Positions 1 through 7,647 of a stretch of 32,000 bases of DNA are shown in pieces. The stretch comes from Acaryochloris marina S15. Lineage in GTDB: Bacteria; Cyanobacteriota; Cyanobacteriia; Thermosynechococcales; Thermosynechococcaceae. The DNA is taken from assembly GCF_018336915.1 (NCBI RefSeq), contig NZ_CP064923.1, forward strand, positions 3,810,001 through 3,842,000. The letters are read 5' to 3'. A program made the position numbers and the translations under genes. The number at the start of each line of letters is the position of its first letter. Within the stretch, counting starts at the first letter, position 1. Below the pieces are notes generated by a model. The model worked only from the letters and a program-made list of their open reading frames with translations, had not been told where the DNA came from and made no database searches.

Positions 1-370
1 GGTATATTAACGGATTGGAGTTGTATATTTACCTTTTGCCTATGTATAAGAAGTTATCTGAGATATGAAAAGTGTTCGTTTTTTTCTCCGCAAGATTACG
101 GAGTAAGAGAACTAGTAGGTTTCTGTAAAGCCTATTATGAAAGGCTTATGTGAATTCACGGAAGTATTTTTCCAGTGATCTTACGGAAGATATTTTTGTT
201 GGATTAGAGCAAGATACTAATAGTAGATTCGTATTTCTTAGACAAACTGTATACCTCACTGCATTTAGAGAAAGAGCCGATCTTGTTCATTTGTTCTGCA
301 GCATTCAGGTTTTCAGAAATAGTCAAGTCCCATCGTCTCACTCATATCGTCACTTCACCTTATTAATCAT

Positions 371-913
371 ATGAAAGTTATCCATTCACATGATAATTCC
401 GGCAATTCCGAGAACAAGCAGCCTATTGAGATGCTGAAAGACGGACAACTATTATCTTTATCCCAAAGCTACCCAGCAGGATTAATTCTGCAAAAACCTT
501 ATTATGCCGAGTATATTGGTCCAGGTTCGGCTGTAGGAGGGATGTTTGATCTACAGTGCGTCACTATTCACCCCTTGGGCAAAGTTGAACTCAGTGCTCC
601 TGAAACGTTGGATGAGCGCCAAAATGCGTTTCAAAAGAGAATGGAAGATATTGAGCACATGCAGCTGATTTGTGAAAAAGATTTACCGATAGAACGGGCT
701 GTTGCCGTTCTTGAAATGCTATCTCAGCATTTTTATCAAGATGAAATCCAAATGATTCCCAATGAAATTTTGGCTAAGCTCGTGGGGGTTTTACCTTCAA
801 CGATGGCGGCAGCTTGGCAACAATTATCTACAAGTGGCCACAAGCGGAATACCACTCCACAGTCCTCTACCCCTGAGCCAAATTTTGCTTCCCATGAGGT
901 GGCGTTTGCCTAG
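371..913 (+). CDS. hypothetical protein, possible C-terminal helix-turn-helix
   Basis: 180-aa ATG-initiated ORF followed by a strong intrinsic terminator at 1012-1071. I recognise no family. The segment IPNEILAKLVGVLPSTMAAAWQQL resembles a Crp/Fnr-type HTH, but the upstream part is not a clear cNMP barrel. Confidence 0.5.
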   Translation: MKVIHSHDNSGNSENKQPIEMLKDGQLLSLSQSYPAGLILQKPYYAEYIGPGSAVGGMFDLQCVTIHPLGKVELSAPETLDERQNAFQKRMEDIEHMQLICEKDLPIERAVAVLEMLSQHFYQDEIQMIPNEILAKLVGVLPSTMAAAWQQLSTSGHKRNTTPQSSTPEPNFASHEVAFA

Positions 914-1011
914 GTTAGGGTCGCTTCTCTTTCCCATACGCTTGAGGATGTATCAAACCTAAATCTATTGAAGTCAGTTGCTTCACTAACTGGGCTTTGA
1001 TACATCGGAAT

Positions 1012-1071
1012 CACCATCAGCCCCACTATTTAGAGCTAACACTCCAAATAGTGGGGCTGATGGTGGTTTTT
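1012..1071 (+). terminator. Rho-independent terminator downstream of ORF 371-913
   Basis: 20-bp perfect stem (CACCATCAGCCCCACTATTT at 1012-1031 pairs with AAATAGTGGGGCTGATGGTG at 1046-1065), a 14-nt loop, then GTTTTT. Confidence 0.75.
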
Positions 1072-1596
1072 GTAAGGACTAGGCCTAGAATTGTGGGCTG
1101 AAGCGGTTGGGGGATCAAATATCACAGATATCTAAGTTAGGGACTGCCGTCAGTAAATAGATATCATTCATTAATGTATATGTCAGTAGGATAGCGAATT
1201 CCCATCTTATCCTGGCAATCTCTGTCGCAGATTAAACACCTGATTTCTAAAACCAAGCATAGTAAAAGCGTCAACGCCGTGTACAATGCTCTATGAGAGA
1301 GGGAATCCTTCCTGCGATCGCAGAAGACCACCCATCAATTGTATAGGTGGTTTTTTTCAAGTGGAATCTATAAAGGTTCTACCCTTCTCCTAGACGATTT
1401 CTTCGGTGCACTTGCACCCAGAGCATAGCACTTACTTCCCTAAAGTGCAGACTCTGTGAAAGGTCATCGTTTTATGACATTACCGATAGAAATTATTGTT
1501 GGCTCTAAAGCTAAAAGTCTTACCAAACATGGTCATCAGTGCCTTGATGGCAATCTGGCAAGAATAAACATAACTTTTGATACTAGAGGGTGATCA

Positions 1597-2400
1597 ATGA
1601 GATTTCGCACTTTAATCGTTACTTTTTTAGCGGTCTGTCTGGGGGTTTTCTCAGTCAACGCCAAGGCTTTGGCAGTTGTACCCAGCTCTATGACCTATGA
1701 CCAGGTAAAAGGCACTGGTCTGGCTGATAGCTGCCCAACCCTTCCTACAGGCACCGGTGACACCATATCAGTCGGAGGCTCTGCCTACATTACAGATTTG
1801 TGTTTCCAACCAACTTCTTTCTTTGTGAAGGAAGAGCCTAAGAACCCTCGCCAAGAGGCCGAATTCGTGCCTGCGAGCGTTATGACTCGGAAAACAACCA
1901 CCCTTGAGCAGATTGAAGGACCTTTGTCTGCTGATGGCGGCGGTCTAACTTTCAAAGAGACCGATGGCATGGACTTCCAAGCCATTACTGTACAAATTTC
2001 TGGCCGTGAGCGCGTACCCATGCTGTTCACCGTCAAGGAACTTCTGGCTTCTGCCTCCGGCAGCTCCATCGCCGATGGAACGAGCTTCTCTGGAGAGTAT
2101 GCAGTACCTTCCTACCGGACTTCAGGTTTCTTAGATCCTAAAGGCCGGGGTGTTTCCACTGGTTACGACAATGCTGTTGCACTTCCTGCTTCCGCAGATG
2201 CTGATAAGCTGAACCGAGCCAATGCCAAGCGCTTTGACCTCACCAAAGGTAGTATCTCCATGGATGTTGCTTCTGTTGATAACGAAACTGGAGAATTTGG
2301 TGGCACCTTCGAAAGCGAGCAGTTTTCGGATAGTGACTTAGGTGCTATTGACCCCTTAGAAGTGAAAGTTCAAGGAATCTTCTATGGTCGCGTTAACTAA
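1597..2400 (+). CDS. psbO: photosystem II manganese-stabilising protein PsbO (33-kDa extrinsic protein)
   Basis: Has a signal peptide (MRFRTLIVTFLAVCLGVFSVNAKALA). PsbO hallmarks are present: TYDQVKGTGLADSCP, LCFQP, RVPMLFTVKEL, VPSYRTSGFLDPKGRG, GYDNAVALPA and a C-terminal VKVQGIFYG. An AGAGGG Shine-Dalgarno lies 7 nt upstream and a terminator follows. Confidence 0.95.
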   Translation: MRFRTLIVTFLAVCLGVFSVNAKALAVVPSSMTYDQVKGTGLADSCPTLPTGTGDTISVGGSAYITDLCFQPTSFFVKEEPKNPRQEAEFVPASVMTRKTTTLEQIEGPLSADGGGLTFKETDGMDFQAITVQISGRERVPMLFTVKELLASASGSSIADGTSFSGEYAVPSYRTSGFLDPKGRGVSTGYDNAVALPASADADKLNRANAKRFDLTKGSISMDVASVDNETGEFGGTFESEQFSDSDLGAIDPLEVKVQGIFYGRVN

Positions 2401-2460
2401 GAAAATCTCTTAGATATAACGTTTAGGGTTATTCTGTAACCTAAAATATACATTCAAAAA

Positions 2461-2496
2461 ACAGGTGTGTTTAGCTAAAACACACCTGTTTTTTTA
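2461..2496 (+). terminator. Rho-independent terminator of psbO
   Basis: ACAGGTGTGTTT (2461-2472) pairs with AAACACACCTGT (2478-2489) across a 5-nt loop, followed by a run of 7 T. Confidence 0.85.
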
Positions 2497-2829
2497 TGTC
2501 TCAATTAAGCGAATGGGGAGACTGCGTATTCTTACTGACCCCATCTATACTAGAGGGATTTTAGTTGAGTTTAAGAGTTGCCAGGCTTTGATTCTACACT
2601 CTTCAAATCACTCTCTGTCACTGGCTTGTCGAGATCTCCATACGCCCAAAAGCACAGAGAGATGATAGATAAATAAGGAATGTTAAGGAGTGTTCAGTAA
2701 AGTTCCGTGGATTTGCTGATGTCCGTTTATCCTTTGACTTCTTAAGTTAATGGAAGGTTCAAATTAGTTTTCTTCTCCTCAGAATCCTTAATTAGAACGG
2801 ACTAAAAGACAAATTCATATTTTTTTGAC

Positions 2830-3624
2830 ATGACCGCAACTCTTACTAATAATCTTAAAAGTGAAAGCTTGGAGTTATTGCAGCAGTATCAACAGTCTTC
2901 ATGCACTGAGTTGCGAAATCGCCTCGTACAGATGAATTTGGGTTTAGTCAGGAGAGAGGCCCATCGATGGGTTGGTCATTCTACTGAAAGTTTTGATGAT
3001 TTAATGCAGGTGGGTTCCCTCGGCTTAATTCGAGCCATCGAACGATTTGATCCGTTTAAGGGACATGCCTTTAGCTCCTTTGCCGTTCCCTACATCCGAG
3101 GAGAAATTCAACATTATCTGCGGGATAAAAGCCCTCAGGTTCGGATCCCTCGAAAATGGCATGAGCTACAGCGGCAAGCCATTAATGTGACCCGAGAAAT
3201 GAGAGATGAATTACAACGACAACCTACGGATGTTGAGGTTGCTGCAGCCTTAGATATCTGTCAAAAAGAATGGCAAGAAGTAAAGCTGGCATCCTGCAAT
3301 CGCTCTGTTTTGAGCCTTGATGCTCCAGTGCATAATTCTGAGCAAGAATCCATGTCTTTGGGGGAACTGTTGCCCGATCGCCACTATCACAGTTTTCAGT
3401 TAGCTCAAGAAGATCAAATTCGGTTGCGTCAGGCCTTATCTAAGTTAGAAAAGCGGACCTCGGATGTATTAGAGTTTGTCTTTTTCCATGACTTAACTCA
3501 AAAGGAAACGGCTGAGGTCTTGGGTATCAGTGCTGTGACGGTCTCCCGTCAAGTCAAAAAAGGGTTAGTTTCTCTCCGCCAAATGTTGAAAGGCTCAGAA
3601 GAAGCAACAGAGAAAACCGTTTAG
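2830..3624 (+). CDS. RNA polymerase sigma factor, sigma-70 family, group 3 (SigB/SigF-like)
   Basis: 264 aa with no region 1.1. Region 2 motifs are DDLMQVGSLGLIRAIERFDP and FSSFAVPYIRGEIQHYLRD. The region 4 HTH is LTQKETAEVLGISAVTVSRQVKKGL. Confidence 0.9.
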   Translation: MTATLTNNLKSESLELLQQYQQSSCTELRNRLVQMNLGLVRREAHRWVGHSTESFDDLMQVGSLGLIRAIERFDPFKGHAFSSFAVPYIRGEIQHYLRDKSPQVRIPRKWHELQRQAINVTREMRDELQRQPTDVEVAAALDICQKEWQEVKLASCNRSVLSLDAPVHNSEQESMSLGELLPDRHYHSFQLAQEDQIRLRQALSKLEKRTSDVLEFVFFHDLTQKETAEVLGISAVTVSRQVKKGLVSLRQMLKGSEEATEKTV

Positions 3625-3716
3625 ATTCCTTCGCTGTTTATCCATCGAATGGGACTTGAACTTTGCTGAGCTGGGGTATGATGCCAAAGTTGTAAGCAAG
3701 AGCCAAGATTGGCAGT

Positions 3717-4718
3717 GTGATTAAGCTTATTTATTGGGGAACCCCACAGTTTGCGGTTCCCAGTTTAGAACGTCTGCTCCAAGCACCTGATATAGAGGTG
3801 GTAGGGGTGGTCACTCAGCCGGATAAACGGCGCGGCCGAGGAAGCAAAGTGTCTCCATCCCCTGTGAAAGGGGTGGCGATGGAAGCAGGATTGCCGATTT
3901 GGCAATCTCACAATATAAAAAAAGATCAAGGGATTTTGGCAGAGTTGAGATCGCAAGGGGCGGACGCCTTTGTTGTAGTCGCCTATGGCCAACTTCTCTC
4001 CCCTGAAATCTTGGCTATGCCCCGCTTAGGCTGTATTAATAGCCATGGCTCCTTGCTTCCCAAATATCGAGGGGCTGCCCCCATTCAGTGGGGGCTATAT
4101 CATGGTGAACCCCTAGCGGGTATCACAACTATGCTGATGGATGAAGGCATGGATACCGGCGATATGCTGTTGAACAAAAGTATTGAGATTGGCCTGCTGG
4201 AAAATACCCTGGATGTGGCGATTCGTTTGGCTGATTTGTCGGGTGACTTGTTGATAGATACCTTGAACCAGCTAGACCAACACACCATTACGCCTACGCC
4301 TCAAGATCCTGAACAGGCAAACTATGCTCCCTTGATTCAGAAATCTGATTTCTCATTAGATTGGTCTCGATCTGCGATCGCACTTCACAATCAGGTTCGA
4401 GGATTTTCACCCAGCTGTGTGACTCAATTTCGAGAATCTGGCCTTAAAATCATGGCAACAGCTCCCCTAGGGGAAGCCTATGCAGCTGTTCTACCAAAAG
4501 AGTTAGCAGCTCTCACTCAGGTCATGCCAACTTCAGACGCTGACCCCGGTAGCATCGTTTATATTGCGCCCCAGCAAGGTCCAGTTGTGCAAACGGGTGA
4601 TGGATTATTGTTATTGCGATCCCTGCAAATGGCGGGTAAACGTCGTCAGTCGGGGGGGGACTTTGCCAATGGATTCAGACTCTCTATGGGGGAGCAGTTG
4701 GGAGAAACGGCGGCCTGA
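3717..4718 (+). CDS. fmt: methionyl-tRNA formyltransferase
   Basis: GTG start. The N-terminus IYWGTPQFAVPSLERL, the SHGSLLPKYRGAAPIQW formyltransferase motif (Fmt-type HxSLLPxxRG) and the C-terminal GKRRQSGGDFANGFRL are all typical of Fmt. Confidence 0.93.
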   Translation: MIKLIYWGTPQFAVPSLERLLQAPDIEVVGVVTQPDKRRGRGSKVSPSPVKGVAMEAGLPIWQSHNIKKDQGILAELRSQGADAFVVVAYGQLLSPEILAMPRLGCINSHGSLLPKYRGAAPIQWGLYHGEPLAGITTMLMDEGMDTGDMLLNKSIEIGLLENTLDVAIRLADLSGDLLIDTLNQLDQHTITPTPQDPEQANYAPLIQKSDFSLDWSRSAIALHNQVRGFSPSCVTQFRESGLKIMATAPLGEAYAAVLPKELAALTQVMPTSDADPGSIVYIAPQQGPVVQTGDGLLLLRSLQMAGKRRQSGGDFANGFRLSMGEQLGETAA

Positions 4719-5662
4719 AGATATTGGGTAATTTCAGCCCAGGCTGGTTTTGCACCGCTACAAAATCGGGAAAAACTGAGAAAGCCATGGACCATTCCTG
4801 GATAGTCCGTTATTTGAGTGGGAACACTGGCCTGTTGTAAGCGCTGACCATAGGCTTGGCCTTCATCTCGTAAGGGATCATAGGCAGCTGTGATCACCAG
4901 GGCAGGCGGTAATTGGCTTAAGTCTTCAGCTAAGAGTGGCGAAAAATAGGGGGACTGAATATCTGCAGGCGACTTGGCATACTGATTAACGAAGTGTTCC
5001 ATGGCAGGTTTTGTTAATACCGGTGCATCCGCATACTGATCCATAGAGGGATGGTTAAGGGTGCCATCCAAGGCAGGATAAAGAAGAATCTGTCTCTGTA
5101 GAGTTGGACCATTCAGATCGCGGGCCATCAGACAGACAGCAGCAGCCAGGTTTCCCCCAGCACTATCTCCCATCACCATCAGTTGTTGAGGATCAGCCCC
5201 TAAAGCCTCAGCGTTTTGGGCTGCCCATTGGGTCACATCATAGCAAGCTTCTAAGGGAGTGGGATAGGGGAATTCAGGTGCTAATCGATAGGCTACAGAG
5301 AGGATTAAAGCCCCACTTTGATAGGCAATTTGGCGACAGAAGGCATCATAGGTGTCCAGATTACCCGTTACCCAGCCACCGCCATGGAAGAAAACAATGC
5401 AGGGGAGGTGGGGATTCAAGCTAGGGGAATAGAGCCTAATGGGAATCTTTCCATGGCGACCCGCCACCCATTGATTGCTAATTTTGGGCAGTTTGCGTTT
5501 GCGCCCATGCTTTAGCCAATTGATAACAGCCGGGCGCGTTGTTTCATTCCTTTGACGCAGTGCTTCAGGGCTTAACAGCTCAATCGACTGGGAGCGGTTT
5601 AATAACCTATCTAGAATCTGAATTTTCCAGTCCAATTGATACTTCTTTGCTAATGACTGCAT
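4646..5662 (-). CDS. alpha/beta hydrolase, hormone-sensitive-lipase (Abhydrolase_3) family esterase/lipase
   Basis: Oxyanion motif HGGGW, nucleophile elbow GDSAGGNLA, DPLRDEG and HGF near the C-terminus. I place the start at ATG 5662 (MQSLAKKYQ), 4 nt after the upstream gene's TAG, not at the longest-ORF start 5773, which would overlap that gene by 107 nt. Confidence 0.85.
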   Translation of the reverse strand: MQSLAKKYQLDWKIQILDRLLNRSQSIELLSPEALRQRNETTRPAVINWLKHGRKRKLPKISNQWVAGRHGKIPIRLYSPSLNPHLPCIVFFHGGGWVTGNLDTYDAFCRQIAYQSGALILSVAYRLAPEFPYPTPLEACYDVTQWAAQNAEALGADPQQLMVMGDSAGGNLAAAVCLMARDLNGPTLQRQILLYPALDGTLNHPSMDQYADAPVLTKPAMEHFVNQYAKSPADIQSPYFSPLLAEDLSQLPPALVITAAYDPLRDEGQAYGQRLQQASVPTQITDYPGMVHGFLSFSRFCSGAKPAWAEITQYLQAAVSPNCSPIESLNPLAKSPPD

Positions 5663-5666
5663 TGGC

Positions 5667-6773
5667 CTAACAATAGGACTGCAAGGTGCCGCGTCTGCGA
5701 ATATCAAGGGTGGCACAGTGGAAGGAACCCCCAAAGGGAGCAAAGTTGATAAAGGGACATTTAATCGGTTCAAATCCCCAATCTTTGAAGGCTGCGATCA
5801 GTGAAGTTTGATCTTCCTCTACGATCACCCGCTTCTCATCCAGCATCAAGACGTTTAGGCTAATCCACTTGCTGCACATGGAGGGGACGCCCGTGATCGG
5901 ATCTGGCTCGGGGGGAACCAGCATATCCCAGGATTTAAGGGCTTTAGGAAGCTTATCTACATCGATATATTCAGGGTTAATCAAAGCCTTTCCTGGAGCC
6001 AATGGAATAAAGGTAGAGTCGATATGCATGGGGGTGGGGCAAGAGCTATCAATCTCGTGAATTTGATAGCGATCGCCTAAGTGGCGTCTGAGCCAAGTAA
6101 TCCCGGCTTGATTGGTGACATTGCTTTGGGTCACAAATAAATCGCGGCCGCAGCGGACAAAATCGGCAGCATCAAAGACCGGTTCAAACTCATTAATCAC
6201 ATACCGAATGGGTTCTCCCTTGGCGGGGGGCTTAAAGGAATAATCGAACAGATCGTCCGTTAGCTCTGGCTTTGGTGCAGAGGTCCAACGGGCTCCCTGG
6301 GCAAAATATTCCTTAAAGAGGGGACGATAGGCATGGGTTTCAAAATAGCGGCACCGCCATGCCATGGGGGTTTCAATAATTTCGTCTCCCAGCACCATAA
6401 ATCCATCGCGAGGACAGGCAGTACAAAATCCCTTAGAAGACCAATCTAATGCCTTATAGCGCTTGGTTCCTTTAATGACTTCAGGGCGTCGAACGACCAC
6501 CCCTTCAGATTCTAGGATGTGAATAAATTCATCTAATTCCCGCTGGGCTTTTTTGAGCAAGAAGCCTGGATATTTCTGTCCCGCGAAAATCCGGTATAAC
6601 CGGGCGGTACTGGGAGGAATATTGTAGGTAACGGTCACGTGATAAGGCGGAATGATCGCCCCTTCTAGGTGACCCACAATCACTTCTTCTAATGGATCCC
6701 ATTCATTATAGGAATTGACTGGACAGGGGGTTGCAATCGTCGTATCCATCGAGTCTGTCATCAATTCCGTCAT
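5667..6773 (-). CDS. amidinotransferase, L-arginine:glycine amidinotransferase (GATM/AGAT, StrB1/CyrA) family
   Basis: N-terminal NSYNEWDPLEEVIVG and C-terminal GGSFHCATLDIRRRGTLQSY closely resemble the conserved ends of vertebrate GATM, including the catalytic Cys in FHC. A GAGGAAGG Shine-Dalgarno precedes the ATG. Confidence 0.85.
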   Translation of the reverse strand: MTELMTDSMDTTIATPCPVNSYNEWDPLEEVIVGHLEGAIIPPYHVTVTYNIPPSTARLYRIFAGQKYPGFLLKKAQRELDEFIHILESEGVVVRRPEVIKGTKRYKALDWSSKGFCTACPRDGFMVLGDEIIETPMAWRCRYFETHAYRPLFKEYFAQGARWTSAPKPELTDDLFDYSFKPPAKGEPIRYVINEFEPVFDAADFVRCGRDLFVTQSNVTNQAGITWLRRHLGDRYQIHEIDSSCPTPMHIDSTFIPLAPGKALINPEYIDVDKLPKALKSWDMLVPPEPDPITGVPSMCSKWISLNVLMLDEKRVIVEEDQTSLIAAFKDWGFEPIKCPFINFAPFGGSFHCATLDIRRRGTLQSYC

Positions 6774-7165
6774 TATCCTTCCTCACCTATTTCGAATGGC
6801 CACCGGTTGATGCCGAAAGTTTCTTCAGAACTGTATGAGATCTTGCTCAGAAAATCAATCTTGCTCAGCAGCCGTGTCTTTGTCTGTAACGATTTGCACC
6901 ATCTTTACTGGCCTATAGACTCCTAAAGCTAAAGTTTGGCTCCTGTTCGAGTCAATAATCTAGGAATTTATTGTGCATCCTTTCGCGCTAAAGAGTAGTT
7001 AGGGGTCTGGCGTAAGTCGTCCATCTTCTGACATGCCTACCCTTCTCGTAAAATGGCTGCACACTTCTCTGCTAAAGGTTTTTGGTGAAAGTGGTGAGGG
7101 GATTCTTGCTGCGATCACATCAGATAACCTGGAATCACCTTTCCTTGACCGATTTTTAGGTCGAG

Positions 7166-7215
7166 AATGAGTTCTGAAGGTTGATTGCAAGGGCCAGCAA
7201 CCTTCAGAACTCATT
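7166..7215. other. 18-bp perfect inverted repeat (stem-loop) in an intergenic region
   Basis: AATGAGTTCTGAAGGTTG (7166-7183) pairs with CAACCTTCAGAACTCATT (7198-7215) across a 14-nt loop. There is no U-tract on either strand. Confidence 0.4.
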
Positions 7216-7647
7216 CAGCACTTGGCCATATTGGATCGTTTCAGTATTTGAGTGACCCGCTGTACGACCTAGAAATGCTCTCGTCTTAGTTAGTCAAAAT
7301 TCTGGTTGATGTGAATGAAGAAATACCAGCAAAAATATTGTTTTTTTAAGATTAACGATTGATTTGTTTCATTAAGTGATTGCCTGAGTGTTTTATCAGT
7401 TGATGATTTAGTCACTAATGTGAAATCCTGGATGCTTTTATAGGGATGATACTTCCAGCTTGGACAGTATTATGAGGTCAATGTAACCTCCTGCTCTATT
7501 CGCCTCTGTCGATTAAAGTTTAATGAATGAATTGGATTGATTTTTGCCTTCTCTGACTAATGAATAATTATTGGTGGTATAACGATAAAATCGCTGCATT
7601 AGTAATTTTATTGCAGAAAAATGCAGTAAAAGGTTCGCATTGATGAC

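Noticed and set aside
150-374. 74-aa ORF upstream of the 371-913 gene
   Set aside because: It has a non-ATG start and no recognisable domain or Shine-Dalgarno, and its composition is leader-like and AT-rich with internal direct repeats. It is more likely the 5' region of the next gene.
1785-2069. 94-aa antisense ORF inside psbO
   Set aside because: It is fully embedded antisense to a confidently identified, highly conserved gene. This is a typical shadow ORF.
2465-2665. 66-aa ORF starting inside the psbO terminator
   Set aside because: It begins within the terminator stem, matches no family and has no RBS.
6999-7214. 71-aa minus-strand ORF in the 6774-7647 intergenic region
   Set aside because: Its 5' end is made of both arms of the 18-bp perfect hairpin. 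The sequence is Arg/Ser-rich and low in complexity, with no motif.
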